From assembly GCA_050259595.1 (NCBI GenBank), contig JBLNAX010000013.1:11364-75363 (forward strand): a DNA stretch of 64,000 nt. Reading direction: 5' to 3'. This DNA is from Acidobacteriota bacterium. Its GTDB lineage: Bacteria; Bacillota; Syntrophomonadia; Syntrophomonadales; DTU052. The notes under the pieces were generated by a model. It was not told the DNA's origin. It did no database searches and worked only from the letters and a program-made list of their open reading frames with translations. Made by a program: the position numbers and the translations under genes. Positions 38,051 through 48,781 of this stretch are shown here, piece after piece (position 1 is the stretch's first letter; each line of letters opens with the position of its first letter).

Positions 38051-38053
38051 TAA

Positions 38054-38539
38054 TTAGTACCCCATAGCTTTAAGAATCCTGGATAATGTATGCAGGCGTT
38101 CGCTGAGCAGCTCATCATCATTGTTAAGTGCCTGGCTGAACAACTTTATATCATCATCGATTTTTTCATTGTCTGTGCAAATAGCCACGGTCATAGCATC
38201 ACCCTGTAAACCCACTCTGTCGATAACCGGTTTTGCGGGATCGTACAACTTTTCATAACGGTATGCCTCTCGAAAATGGAGTTGAGTGCGGCAAACCAAA
38301 ATGGCTAGATCAAGAACACGGTGTAGCGGCATCTCTTCGGATTGTCTGGACCACTTTTCTCCGGTATATCTCCACACCTTGGCGGAAATGTCCACCTTGC
38401 CCCGGTCATTCCACTGGGCTAATCCTAATGAAAGGCCTTTCGCATCAGAATTATAGGCATATCTGCCGTCAACATTCTCGTAGTTTTCTGATACTATGAC
38501 CGGCTTGTGTTTTAAAGTAGTTGGTATTTTCATAATCAT
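38054..38539 (-). CDS. hypothetical protein
   Basis: 161-aa ORF at the head of a three-gene minus-strand cluster. Confidence 0.45.
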   Translation of the reverse strand: MIMKIPTTLKHKPVIVSENYENVDGRYAYNSDAKGLSLGLAQWNDRGKVDISAKVWRYTGEKWSRQSEEMPLHRVLDLAILVCRTQLHFREAYRYEKLYDPAKPVIDRVGLQGDAMTVAICTDNEKIDDDIKLFSQALNNDDELLSERLHTLSRILKAMGY

Positions 38540-38717
38540 TACCTCCGGTTTTTCAACATAATGGGCAGTAATTTAGTAAATTAGTAAACTACTAAAATGA
38601 TTATAGCTTGTGATATTCTCGTAAGTCAACAATGTAAGAAAAAATCCACCCTAAAATGTTTAAAGGAACAATTAGGGTGCTGGTCGAAAATGGGATTAAA
38701 CTATTAAGGAGTAATCA

Positions 38718-39176
38718 ATGATGAATGAAAAGGTGCGTTTAATAAGACCTGCTGAACTTGAGCAGCTGCTGGCTCTCTACCAGCACTTGAACCAGGACGA
38801 CCCTCTGCTGGCCATTGACCATGTGCTGATAGATCATTGGAATGAAATATTAGCGGACCCTAATCTCTATTACTTTGTGATCGAAGAAGAGGGAGTACTT
38901 ATTTCGTCATGCACCCTAACTGTTATCAAGAATATAACTCGGTCAGCCCGTCCGTATGCCCTAATAGAAAATGTTATTTGCCATCCAGATCATAGAAAGA
39001 AAGGATATGCCAGAGCCGTATTACATCAGGCAATATATACAGCTAAAGAAAGGGGCTGCTACAAGATCATGCTCATGACCGGGCGCAAAGACGAAGGAAC
39101 CATGATTTTCTATGAGAAGGTTGGGTTTAAGAAGGGTGAAAAAACGGCTTTTATAATGAGGTTTGACCAGGAGTGA
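38718..39176 (+). CDS. GNAT family N-acetyltransferase
   Basis: Acetyl-CoA-binding-like region HRKKGYARAVLHQAIYTAKERGCYKI. 152 aa. Confidence 0.75.
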   Translation: MMNEKVRLIRPAELEQLLALYQHLNQDDPLLAIDHVLIDHWNEILADPNLYYFVIEEEGVLISSCTLTVIKNITRSARPYALIENVICHPDHRKKGYARAVLHQAIYTAKERGCYKIMLMTGRKDEGTMIFYEKVGFKKGEKTAFIMRFDQE

Positions 39177-39201
39177 GTTGTCAGTTATTAGTTGGGGGGT
39201 G

Positions 39202-39609
39202 ATGGATCTGATCGAGGGGATTAGCCATTTGACTTTCATAGTAAAAGACCTTGAGCGTTCAGCTCAGTTCTTCAAAGCCATTTTCAATGCCGAGGAGATC
39301 TACGATAGTGGGGAAAATACTTTTTCACTGTCTAAAGAAAAGTACCTATCGATGGGCGGATTGTGGATATGTATTATGGAAGGGGAATCTCTTTCTGAGC
39401 GTACATATAACCACATTGCGTTCAAGATACCTGATGAGGAATTGGGGATGTATGAAGCCCGAATCAAGGCTTTGGGATTAGAGATCAGACCTAGCCGACC
39501 CAGGGTAGAAGGGGAAGGACAGTCTTTATATTTCTACGATTATGACAATCATCTCTTCGAATTGCATACCGGAACGCTTACCGAAAGATTGGCACGGTAC
39601 CATTGCTAA
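39202..39609 (+). CDS. fosB: FosB/FosX-like fosfomycin-resistance thiol/metal-dependent VOC enzyme
   Basis: ISHLTFIVKDLERSAQFF, YNHIAFKI and LYFYDYDNHLFELHTGTL...RLARYH are colinear with Bacillus FosB, including the metal ligands. The ORF opens at 39163, overlapping the GNAT gene; the ATG at 39202 is more likely. Confidence 0.6.
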   Translation: MDLIEGISHLTFIVKDLERSAQFFKAIFNAEEIYDSGENTFSLSKEKYLSMGGLWICIMEGESLSERTYNHIAFKIPDEELGMYEARIKALGLEIRPSRPRVEGEGQSLYFYDYDNHLFELHTGTLTERLARYHC

Positions 39610-39691
39610 CTGCCTTTTTGAGAGTCGATTATAAAAAAAATGGGGTTCGATGAATTCACCGAACCCCGAGGGATGGGATTGTCTAAGCTGC

Positions 39692-41071
39692 TTAAGAAAT
39701 CTTATTGGAACGCCGCCAGATTCTAGCCGCTTCAGCTGCTTTAATCAGATCGTCGCGGAAATCCGGGTGGGCGATCGAAATTAGTTTTTCTGCTTTTGAC
39801 CAGGTGGGTGCACCTTTCATTGAAACCCAGCCGAATTCGGTGCATACGATGTTGACCATCTGCCGTGACACGGTAGTGATAGTGCCTGGGGAGAAGGTCG
39901 GTACGATCCGGGATACGCGTGTGCCGTCTTTAAAGGTATGGGTAGAGGGCAGGCATAGGATACTGCGGCCGCCTTTGCCCCAGTAGGCGCCATTAACGAA
40001 ATCGGATAACCCGCCATTGCCGGAAATCTGCCGGCCACTTTCGCTTTCCGCGTTGACCTGGCCATAGAGGTCAAGCTGCAGAACCTGATTGATCGAGATA
40101 AGGTTTTCCATTGTAGCCATGCGCGGCGGGTGCAGTATGTAATTGGCGTTATAAGAGGCCAGAGCCGGATTGTTGTGAATCCAATCATACAAAGCTTGGC
40201 TTCCTAAGGAAAAGGTGTAAGCAATTTTATTGCGGTCAAAGGTTTTGTATTTGCCAGTAACTTTACCTGCTTCGTATAAATGCATAAATGAGTCAACCAG
40301 CATTTCGGTGTGTACTCCGAGGTCCTTGAGATCGGTTTCCGCAATTAGTTTCCCCAGTGCATTAGGCATTGCTCCAATACCCAACTGGATGCAGCAGCGA
40401 TCACGCAGGTGTTCCAGGACATGCTGAGCGATCTGACGATCGGTTTCCGATGGTACGATTTCGGGCAAAGCTGCCAGATCGGGGTTCTCGCCTTCAATAA
40501 CGAAATCGACATCTGATATATGAATGCGCTCATGGTTGCCGCCGAGCGCAGTTGGGACTTTGGTGTTCACTTCGACAATGACTTTTTCTGCTCGAGTGGC
40601 TTGCTCAAACCCGCATGCATTCCAGGCTCCCCAGTTAAAGAAACCATTTTTGTCCATGGGAGTTACCTGGCAAACATAAGCCTTACGATTTGGTGCTCCA
40701 ACATTATCGGGATCAAGGCGACCATCCATAAAGTACTTTTCTGCTTCGCCAAAATTCAAAGGATTGTAAAAGATGTTGGAACAGTGCGGCATCATCATGC
40801 GAGTTACTACGCTGAAATGAAGGTCATTATAAGTGAATGTCTCCCCCTTCGGGTCCTTTGAAATGACCTCTGGAATGGGTGGTACAGTTACTGCACCGGT
40901 GATCACCACATCGCTTAACTCGTCCTTGCGGGCTGCTAGAGCCTTGTCGAATTCGATGGGTTTACCGTTGAATTTTGCATAATCCAGCCAGTCGCCAGAT
41001 TCGATTACTTGAGCAGCCTTTTCCGCGGTAACCAGTTTGTCCTTGTACATCTCCTGAAAACTATTAGCCAC
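39692..41071 (-). CDS. acetyl-CoA hydrolase/transferase family protein (4-hydroxybutyrate/succinyl-CoA:acetate CoA-transferase-like)
   Basis: 459 aa with the architecture of the AcH/Cat1 family (GGxxD...GIGxMPNA). Confidence 0.7.
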   Translation of the reverse strand: MANSFQEMYKDKLVTAEKAAQVIESGDWLDYAKFNGKPIEFDKALAARKDELSDVVITGAVTVPPIPEVISKDPKGETFTYNDLHFSVVTRMMMPHCSNIFYNPLNFGEAEKYFMDGRLDPDNVGAPNRKAYVCQVTPMDKNGFFNWGAWNACGFEQATRAEKVIVEVNTKVPTALGGNHERIHISDVDFVIEGENPDLAALPEIVPSETDRQIAQHVLEHLRDRCCIQLGIGAMPNALGKLIAETDLKDLGVHTEMLVDSFMHLYEAGKVTGKYKTFDRNKIAYTFSLGSQALYDWIHNNPALASYNANYILHPPRMATMENLISINQVLQLDLYGQVNAESESGRQISGNGGLSDFVNGAYWGKGGRSILCLPSTHTFKDGTRVSRIVPTFSPGTITTVSRQMVNIVCTEFGWVSMKGAPTWSKAEKLISIAHPDFRDDLIKAAEAARIWRRSNKIS

Positions 41072-41112
41072 AGTTAATCCTCCCCGCTTTTTTCATCCCC
41101 AAGTATGGTACA

Positions 41113-41146
41113 ATAATTACATACCGACCGGTCGGTATGTAATTAT
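41113..41146. promoter_or_regulatory. perfect 34-bp palindrome ATAATTACATACCGACC|GGTCGGTATGTAATTAT, candidate TetR operator in the divergent promoter region
   Basis: Exact inverted repeat between the CoA-transferase gene (minus) and the tetR gene (plus). Confidence 0.6.
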
Positions 41147-41264
41147 AAATTATCAAAATTTGTTGAAAAATACAAGCGGACAGCACAATTTTTAGTTAAA
41201 ATAAAATAGGTAAGATTTACTATATGGCGATTTCCCGCTTGCGAATTATCTGGAGGTTATATAG

Positions 41265-41870
41265 ATGAGTGACACAAAGGAATTAATATTAGATGCTGCG
41301 CAGAGGATGATCGCCCGGCAGGGTGTGACCAACGCCAGTGTAAATGCCATAGTTGAGGAAGCCGGGATAAGCAAAGGGGCTTTGTACCATCATTATAAGA
41401 GCAAAGATATGCTGCTCTGTGATGTAGTGGACCGGGCTATTAAGGAGTATTCCGAGCCGGTTCTGGCCCTGCGTACTGGCGATAAAGAACATTTCAAAGA
41501 GCAACTGGACAAGGGAATCGCTGAACATTTACAGAATGAGACCCACAATAAGATTTTGTTTTATCTGACTCATGAGGCTATCCTGGGCAATGAAGAGCTA
41601 CAGAATCGTCTTTCGGAAATGTACAATGGACGTGTTGATACGCTGCGTGGGCTTATCAATGACATGTATGGGCTGCCGGAGACAAGGCTTACCCGGGCGT
41701 TGGCGGCAACCTTTCTAGGGGCAATCGAGGGGCAGATCATGCAGCTGATGCTGAAATCGCAGGCTGTGCAGGCAGACGAATTTGCAGAGATATGGAAGTT
41801 TATGATTTTCGAAGGGGTCCCGCTGCTGCTAAAGCGCTTAAAAGAGTTGGAGGATGAAAGATCTCAATAA
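41265..41870 (+). CDS. TetR/AcrR family transcriptional regulator
   Basis: N-terminal HTH (ILDAAQRMIARQGVTNASVNAIVEEAGISKGALYHHY). Confidence 0.85.
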   Translation: MSDTKELILDAAQRMIARQGVTNASVNAIVEEAGISKGALYHHYKSKDMLLCDVVDRAIKEYSEPVLALRTGDKEHFKEQLDKGIAEHLQNETHNKILFYLTHEAILGNEELQNRLSEMYNGRVDTLRGLINDMYGLPETRLTRALAATFLGAIEGQIMQLMLKSQAVQADEFAEIWKFMIFEGVPLLLKRLKELEDERSQ

Positions 41871-41890
41871 CAATAGTGGAGGCGAACGTT

Positions 41891-42100
41891 GTGTCAGACC
41901 TCAACAAATTAAAAGAACTAATTGAAAGCCAGCATTATCTGATCAAAAGTGTAAAATCAACGTCCAAGGGTACTACCCTAATCACATTGCGTTCCGGCGG
42001 CTGCAGCTGCTGTTCACATGATGAGCAGAAACCGGTGATGATGATCACTACGGATCCTGAATGCATTGCATATGCAAATGGTTTAGCCAGCATTAATTGA
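41891..42100 (+). CDS. small Cys-rich hypothetical protein downstream of tetR
   Basis: GGAGG 8 nt before the GTG at 41891. Contains GGCSCCSHD...PEC. The ORF opens at 41876. Confidence 0.35.
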   Translation: MSDLNKLKELIESQHYLIKSVKSTSKGTTLITLRSGGCSCCSHDEQKPVMMITTDPECIAYANGLASIN

Positions 42101-42197
42101 TCATTGATATTCTACAGAATCGTTGAATATAAATTAAGCCGTTATCGATTTAAGACAACGGCCTTTTTAACGAATCGTTGTTTAGAAAATGACAGCT

Positions 42198-42608
42198 TTA
42201 CTGAATGTTGACCTCCTGTTTGACAACGACTTTGCCGGCAACGGCCATTTCTACCCGATACTTACCAGGTGCAGTAAAGCCCAAGGTGCTTGCATACATG
42301 GTGCTTTTGGCTTTGACCTTGTAAGGTTGTTCCCCCATCTTTTCATTTGTCGCTGCGTTATTAAGGATGATCGAAATCGTATCGGTACCGAATGGTGCAT
42401 TGTTATTGAACACCCAGTAGAATTCCTCGTTTGCTTTGAAAGTGGTGCCGGTATCGCTTAACTTCAGGTTGGTTTTATCGATCGCTGTGCCAAATTCTAG
42501 AGTAGCCCCTCCAGTCGAGGTTCCCACAGTCGAATCGCATCCTGCCAATAGACCGAAAAGTAACATCATTAATACAATAGAGATAATCCTACGGTTCATG
42601 GATGACAT
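42198..42608 (-). CDS. lipoprotein, hypothetical
   Basis: Signal and lipobox LLAGC. 136 aa. Confidence 0.5.
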   Translation of the reverse strand: MSSMNRRIISIVLMMLLFGLLAGCDSTVGTSTGGATLEFGTAIDKTNLKLSDTGTTFKANEEFYWVFNNNAPFGTDTISIILNNAATNEKMGEQPYKVKAKSTMYASTLGFTAPGKYRVEMAVAGKVVVKQEVNIQ

Positions 42609-42863
42609 CTCCTTTGCGCGATATTTGATACTTATCTTAAGTCTAATCGTTGGAGATCAATAAAGAAATCCTCCCACGGGGTGATTTCTGTTCAAAGGAA
42701 AACATTATAGTCTTTTTATCGAAGCGATAAGACGTGTTGAAGAAGGGGCGTTGCAGGCTATTAATATAAAGGATTTGAAGTGAATTGTGTCGAAAGGTGT
42801 CTTGACAGTGGTGTTTTCTCTTGTTTTTGGCAAGTGCAATTTCATATTATGGAGGCGAGCAAT

Positions 42864-44576
42864 ATGTTAGCGTTTAAGTCTATTCGTTCAAAGATAATGG
42901 TCGCTCTGATCCTGACCTGCTGTTTGGTAAGCATGGTTGGTGGAACAGCCTACTATTACTATGCCAAATCTCTAATTACTAAGGATATTGGAAAGAACGC
43001 TATAGATCTTGCTAATGCCGCTTCTGTGTATGTTGATGGAGATTCACTACTATCCATCAAGTCTGAATCAGATCCCGTCTACATTCAACAGGTATCCCGA
43101 TTAAGGTCATTCCAAAAGAGGTCGGTCACGAAAATAAAATTCATATATACCCTTGCTGACTCAGGTAAAGGTAAAACAAGATTCGTTTTGGACGCGACAG
43201 AGGGTGAGGACCATTCGCCATTGAACATGGAGTATGACCTGCGAGAAGATATGAAACCCGCTTTTAACGGAATTCCTAGTGCCGATAAACAAGAATATAC
43301 GGACCAATATGGCAGTCAATTAAGTGGTTACGCACCTATTAAGGATTCGACCGGTAAGGTAGTAGGTATTGTTGGCGTCGATATCGATGCGAAAAACATT
43401 AGTGATGCCAAAACGACTACTGGATGGATCATTGCTGGTTTGGTCTTTGTTTCGCTTTTGCTTGGTTTGCTGGTGGCGTTTATCATTTCCAACATGCTGG
43501 TGCGTCCCATTTTAACATTGGATCAAGGTTTTACAGCTTTGGAACAGGCGGGAGCTGATCTTACAAATCGTATTCAGGTTTCAACCGGTGATGAGCTGCA
43601 GCATTTATCAAATTCGTTTAACAGTTTCTTAGGTAATCTACACGACATGATCGTCAATATAGCCGAATCCAATCAACAGATCGAGAAAGCCAATAATCAG
43701 CTAAGGGAAGCAGGTCGGCAGGTCGCTGATATCACTCAGCAAACCTCAGCTTCTACCCAGGAGATAGCCGCGGGGATGCAGGAGGTTTCGGCCACTACGG
43801 AAGAAATCACCGCAGCAACTGAGGAAATCGCAGCAACTCTAGAAGCAACTTATGCGGAAGCTGACAGCAACCGGCTTAAAGCGTCCGAAGTAGAAAACCG
43901 GGCTTTAAAAGTGCAGAATGAAGCAACTCAAGCTGCCAAACAAACCAGAGATCTTTATGGATCGATCCAAATAAGGCTTAAAGAGTCGATCGAGGGAACC
44001 AGAGTAGTGGAAAGTATAGCCGATATGGCATTGCAGATCGGAACGATCGCTGATCAGACGAACCTGCTGGCGCTTAATGCGGCTATAGAGGCGGCGCGTG
44101 CTGGCGAGCAGGGGCGAGGCTTTGCAGTGGTAGCCGATGAAGTACGCAAGTTAGCCGAAGATACTGCTAGCACGGTGCGCAGTATTCAGGAACAAACGGT
44201 GCAGGTAAAGAGTTCGATCCAGATACTGGTTGACAGCGCAAAAGACATCCTGGAGTTCATCAATAATAAAGTTCTGAGCGATTACGCATATATGGAGGAA
44301 ATCGGACGGCAATATAAGGATGATGCTAACATTATCGTTGATTTTTCGGAACAAATGACCAGTGATGTAGGCAAACTCAGCCATGCTGTTGACGAGATCA
44401 ACAGATCCATTGAGACTCTAGCATCGACAGTAGCCGAGGCCACCAGCGGCTCGCAGGCCATCGCTCAGGAAGCTGAAGAAGCCGCCCAGATTGCATGCGA
44501 GATCAATGATGATTCACAAAACGTTTCTGATCTTACATTAAAATTATCCAGGCTGGTGGACAGGTTCAAATTATAG
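42864..44576 (+). CDS. methyl-accepting chemotaxis protein with extracellular Cache-like sensor domain
   Basis: TM, periplasmic domain, second TM, HAMP and an MCP core ([36 protein letters not shown]). ATG at 42864 after GGAGG; the ORF opens at 42780. Confidence 0.85.
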   Translation: MLAFKSIRSKIMVALILTCCLVSMVGGTAYYYYAKSLITKDIGKNAIDLANAASVYVDGDSLLSIKSESDPVYIQQVSRLRSFQKRSVTKIKFIYTLADSGKGKTRFVLDATEGEDHSPLNMEYDLREDMKPAFNGIPSADKQEYTDQYGSQLSGYAPIKDSTGKVVGIVGVDIDAKNISDAKTTTGWIIAGLVFVSLLLGLLVAFIISNMLVRPILTLDQGFTALEQAGADLTNRIQVSTGDELQHLSNSFNSFLGNLHDMIVNIAESNQQIEKANNQLREAGRQVADITQQTSASTQEIAAGMQEVSATTEEITAATEEIAATLEATYAEADSNRLKASEVENRALKVQNEATQAAKQTRDLYGSIQIRLKESIEGTRVVESIADMALQIGTIADQTNLLALNAAIEAARAGEQGRGFAVVADEVRKLAEDTASTVRSIQEQTVQVKSSIQILVDSAKDILEFINNKVLSDYAYMEEIGRQYKDDANIIVDFSEQMTSDVGKLSHAVDEINRSIETLASTVAEATSGSQAIAQEAEEAAQIACEINDDSQNVSDLTLKLSRLVDRFKL

Positions 44577-44655
44577 TCACTGGTTGTTAAATTTTATTAA
44601 TTACTTAAGGGCCTTTGCTTCATTTAAAGTAAAGGTCTTTTTACTGGCCTCCTGC

Positions 44656-45201
44656 TTAGAACTTCTTTAGTCCTTCCCGCAGCCGTTTTACCCAATTCAG
44701 TTCGCTTTCATAAGAACTAATGATGTTCTCAGTCATCATCTGCCAGAGGTAGGACTCGCGTGGGGTCCTTTCTGGAATCAATACTTTGCGTCTAACTTTT
44801 TCCTGTTCCATGAGCATCTGCATTTCGACTTCACGTGCATATGCTGTAAGCAGGCTGTCGATCTCTTCGCTGCTCAATTGGTCAGCCCAAGCCAACTGGA
44901 TCAGGAATGTTTTACGCAGCTCGGGTGGTTCGGGGTTAGACAGCACCCATTTTTTCAACTCGGCTTTACCTTCTTCGGTGATAGTATATATCTTTTTATT
45001 AGGCGAGTTTTCCTGATACTGGACCTCATGGGTCACCAGTCCTTCCCCCAGAAGCTGGACCAGGGTCCGATAAATCTGATTATTGTTACCTGACCAATAA
45101 AAGGCAGTGATATTGGTAAACATCTTTTTTAGGTCATAGCCGGAAAAAGACTTCCAGCTTAAAAGGCCTAGTATGGCATATTTGATAGTCAATGCGATCA
45201 A
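44656..45201 (-). CDS. PadR family transcriptional regulator
   Basis: YAILGLLSWKSFSGYDLKK...IYRTLVQLLGEGLV is a PadR winged-helix. Confidence 0.8.
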   Translation of the reverse strand: MIALTIKYAILGLLSWKSFSGYDLKKMFTNITAFYWSGNNNQIYRTLVQLLGEGLVTHEVQYQENSPNKKIYTITEEGKAELKKWVLSNPEPPELRKTFLIQLAWADQLSSEEIDSLLTAYAREVEMQMLMEQEKVRRKVLIPERTPRESYLWQMMTENIISSYESELNWVKRLREGLKKF

Positions 45202-45378
45202 CTCCTATGTTAATGATGCAATAGGTTAATAATAACATAATAATTTATGCAGTAATGACTGTCAACCTTTGTAATTAACCAACTATATACAGGATAATCG
45301 GTAAAATTAACGAAGTTTAAATACTGAAAACCCTTTTAAAAACCAAGAATATACCCATAAGGATGCAGGAGGAGCCAG

Positions 45379-46773
45379 ATGGAAAAAACAGTAGTTAGAC
45401 AGTTGATGCGGGATACCGCGCGCTACGCTGGCCAGGAAGTAGAAGTCTGCGGCTGGCTAAGAGCCAATCGCGATCAAAAATCTTTTGGATTTATTTCATT
45501 AAATGACGGAACACATTTTAACACGATCCAGGTGGTGTATGAGAAAGATGGTCTTAGCAACTTTGAGGATGTAGCTCGTTTCAGAGTTGGTGCAGCAGTA
45601 ACTGTTAGGGGTTTGCTGGTGGAAACACCAGGTGCGAAGCAGCCGTTTGAAATAAAAGCCGGGGAAGTAATATTGGAAGGGGATGCACCGGAAGATTATC
45701 CGATACAGCCCAAGCGCCATACCCGTGAATTCTTACGTGAGGTAGCCCACCTGCGCCCGCGTACGAATCTTTTCGCGGCTGTATTCCGGGTGCGGTCAAT
45801 GGCCGCCTATGCCATCCATAAGTTCTTCCAGGACCGGGGTTTTGTCTATGTTCATACGCCGATAATAACTTCCAGTGATGCTGAAGGAGCGGGTGAGGTG
45901 TTTAGAACGACCGTCCTAGACCCGGCCAAACCGCCCTTTACGGAATCAGGGGAAGTTGATTTTTCAAGAGACTTTTTTGCCCGCAAAACCAACCTCACCG
46001 TCAGTGGACAGTTGGAAGCCGAAACATTTGCTCTTGCTTTTCATGATGTCTATACCTTTGGCCCTACATTCCGGGCTGAGAACTCTAACACCGCCCGCCA
46101 TGCAGCCGAATTCTGGATGATCGAACCAGAGATCGCCTTTGCCGATCTGCAGGATGATATGCGGCTGGCCGAGGATATGGTGAAGTATGTTATAGGATAT
46201 ATTCTTGATAATGCCCCGGAGGAGATGGACTTTTTCAATGAATTTGTCGATAAGGGTCTGGCTGACCGTCTCAAAAACATCGTAGAATCACAGTTTGCCC
46301 ATATAACCTACACCAGGGCAGTAGAGATACTCAAAGAGTCGGGGGAAGAGTTCGATTACCCGGTAAAATGGGGTTCGGACCTGCATACCGAACATGAACG
46401 CTACCTAACTGAAAGAGTATATAATAAGCCTGTATTTGTTACCGACTATCCAAAGGAGATAAAAGCCTTTTATATGCGGCAGAATGATGATGGGAAAACG
46501 GTGGCTGCTATGGATCTATTAGTTCCCGGAGTCGGCGAGTTGATCGGGGGCAGTCAAAGAGAAGAAAGATTGGATGAATTGGAACACCGCATGGAAGAAA
46601 TGCACATGCACAAGGATGACCTGTGGTGGTATCTGGATTTGCGTAAATATGGTGGTGTAAAGCATGCCGGATTTGGCCTGGGCTTTGAAAGGCTGATCAT
46701 GTATGTTACAGGAGTCAACAATATACGAGACGTGATCCCCTTCCCTCGAACAGTCAATAATTGTGAGTTTTAG
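45379..46773 (+). CDS. asnS: asparagine--tRNA ligase
   Basis: Class II aaRS motifs. [21 protein letters not shown] is AsnRS-specific. 464 aa. Confidence 0.88.
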   Translation: MEKTVVRQLMRDTARYAGQEVEVCGWLRANRDQKSFGFISLNDGTHFNTIQVVYEKDGLSNFEDVARFRVGAAVTVRGLLVETPGAKQPFEIKAGEVILEGDAPEDYPIQPKRHTREFLREVAHLRPRTNLFAAVFRVRSMAAYAIHKFFQDRGFVYVHTPIITSSDAEGAGEVFRTTVLDPAKPPFTESGEVDFSRDFFARKTNLTVSGQLEAETFALAFHDVYTFGPTFRAENSNTARHAAEFWMIEPEIAFADLQDDMRLAEDMVKYVIGYILDNAPEEMDFFNEFVDKGLADRLKNIVESQFAHITYTRAVEILKESGEEFDYPVKWGSDLHTEHERYLTERVYNKPVFVTDYPKEIKAFYMRQNDDGKTVAAMDLLVPGVGELIGGSQREERLDELEHRMEEMHMHKDDLWWYLDLRKYGGVKHAGFGLGFERLIMYVTGVNNIRDVIPFPRTVNNCEF

Positions 46774-46855
46774 ACTGGTTACTTATGAGTTCGGTACGAT
46801 AAAGCAAAAGGCCGCCATTATAATAATAATAATGACGGCCTCACTTGTTTGAGGA

Positions 46856-48538
46856 CTAATACATAATCGCAAAGTTGGTTTTGGTGTAATCGCTGACTGA
46901 AGAAGCGCTCCCTCCTGTGAATGCAGCGTCTTTAAAGGTGATTCCTACATTGGCTGCTGATCCACTTCCGGCGTTTCTGGTAAAGGTAAATATTAATCTT
47001 GTATCACTATCCCGAGTCACGTTTAAAGTGAGATCTGCTGGAAAAGTGCTAGTGAAGTGTGTATCCTTCACAAAAGAACCTGTTACAAAAGTATCGCCAC
47101 TAATATCAACATTGAAACTAATGGATGAACCATCCATGTAAAGACTGGATTTGCTCCAAGATAGACTGCGCTGTGGGAATCTAATGGTAAAATCCGATTT
47201 GGAGTAATTCTGTACCAAACTTGCTTGTCCGTGTGTAAATGCCGTGTTATCAAAGATGATTCTGAGGTCATTTACTGTGGATCGTGCGCTGGCTGTTCCG
47301 CTTAAAGTGACTGTGGCTACGGTATCGCTGGTGCGGGCGATGTTTACTGTAAATCCTGAGGGGACGTTAAAACAATTAAACTGACTGCCTGAGGAAAATG
47401 GACCTGCAGCAAATGTATCATTGCTCAATGTAGCAGTAATCGATGTTGAGCATGTGCCATTATTGGATGGTTCGAAAGTACTAGCACTCCATGCAATACT
47501 TCTTTCAGAGGACGTAGAACTGGTTGAACTGCTGGAGGATGAAGAGCTTCCAGTACTGGTTTGTTTGGTGCCACCGATGGTGGCCTCAATGCCGGGGGCT
47601 AGAACCAGATTTGTCGGTCTGGTTTCGAAAGTCGTGCCAGCAGCGTTGACATAAGCATTCTGGATCGTGCCGGTGCCAGATATCGTTGCCGGAGCGTTAA
47701 CATCCATTCTGGTTACTACTGATACAGGCGAAACAAGAAGCATGGGTTGAATGCCTTTAACTGTGACTACATCAAAAGATCCGGTTAGTATAGTTCCAGC
47801 GATACTTGATGGCGAAACGGTCATATTGGTAAAACCACTGCCTGTAAGCAGTGACTCCTGCAAGGTTGCGCCTGAATATAGCGATGTATTGGCTACAGTA
47901 GTGTTGCCGGAGGCTTTAACCGTTATTGTATTAGTGCTGTCGTTAATGTCCAGGGCGGTTAAAGTGCAATTGTTGAAGGTGACCCCGCTGGGGCCGACAC
48001 CGGATATGGTAAGCTTACCTTTGACAGTCACATTATTGAAAGTAACAGTACCTGTATCACTGGCAGAGCTAATGTTTAGATTACCGCTGAATACCGTGTT
48101 CTGCAGGGTGACTCCAGGAACAGTAACCGAAGAATTGCTGGTCACAGTCTGAGTGCCGGAAGCCGGTCCGTAGGTTCCGGCCTTGTTGAAAACCTTTTGG
48201 CCTTGAGTAGTTGTTGGAGTGGGTGGAGTAGTTGATGCCGGAGCAGGCTTGACCGGCGCCGGTGCTTGTTTTGCAGGAGCCACGATTGTAACTGGTTTGC
48301 CTGTGATAGTTATGGTTCCAGTATTGGAGTCATATTTGTAGCTGGCGCCTAAAGCTTGAGCTAAGGCGCTGGCTGGGACCATGACACACCCATTAACACT
48401 TAGTGGAGCAACGGGACATGCGACTTGTTTGCCGTTTACAACCAATTTACCTGGGTTTGCTGCTAGAACGGGGGTGGAGATGAGTACTAGAACTACAGTC
48501 AATAGGATGAGTATGGACCCCCCAATAAATCGTTTCAC
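46856..48538 (-). CDS. secreted cell-surface protein with copper-amine-oxidase-N-like domain, T/P-rich linker and beta-helix-like repeats
   Basis: Signal peptide, VVNGKQVACPVAPLSVNGCVMVPASALAQALGASY, PAP/TTPPTPTTT linker and S/T-rich repeats. Confidence 0.6.
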   Translation of the reverse strand: MKRFIGGSILILLTVVLVLISTPVLAANPGKLVVNGKQVACPVAPLSVNGCVMVPASALAQALGASYKYDSNTGTITITGKPVTIVAPAKQAPAPVKPAPASTTPPTPTTTQGQKVFNKAGTYGPASGTQTVTSNSSVTVPGVTLQNTVFSGNLNISSASDTGTVTFNNVTVKGKLTISGVGPSGVTFNNCTLTALDINDSTNTITVKASGNTTVANTSLYSGATLQESLLTGSGFTNMTVSPSSIAGTILTGSFDVVTVKGIQPMLLVSPVSVVTRMDVNAPATISGTGTIQNAYVNAAGTTFETRPTNLVLAPGIEATIGGTKQTSTGSSSSSSSSTSSTSSERSIAWSASTFEPSNNGTCSTSITATLSNDTFAAGPFSSGSQFNCFNVPSGFTVNIARTSDTVATVTLSGTASARSTVNDLRIIFDNTAFTHGQASLVQNYSKSDFTIRFPQRSLSWSKSSLYMDGSSISFNVDISGDTFVTGSFVKDTHFTSTFPADLTLNVTRDSDTRLIFTFTRNAGSGSAANVGITFKDAAFTGGSASSVSDYTKTNFAIMY

Positions 48539-48781
48539 GGAAAAACCTCCTCTGCTCTTGGATATTTCTGTTAAGGAATTCGACGGCCAGGTGATGTAAC
48601 CTTTTAAAAAAATGAATATTAATTATGACAAATTCAGGCAATAGTTCAGCTGCTCGAAACGGGTGGTATCAGATTAATACACTTCTGGTCGGCCAGGGAT
48701 AGGTGCAAGTATTATTATATGTTAAGCGTATCCACAGGAAACCCGATATTAAACGATGGTAATATTTTGGAGCAAGGTGAT

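Noticed and set aside
45202-45378. Possible T-box leader upstream of asnS
   Set aside because: The leader is only about 175 nt, with no specifier-loop/T-box (AATTAGGGTGG) sequence. It looks like a plain AT-rich promoter.
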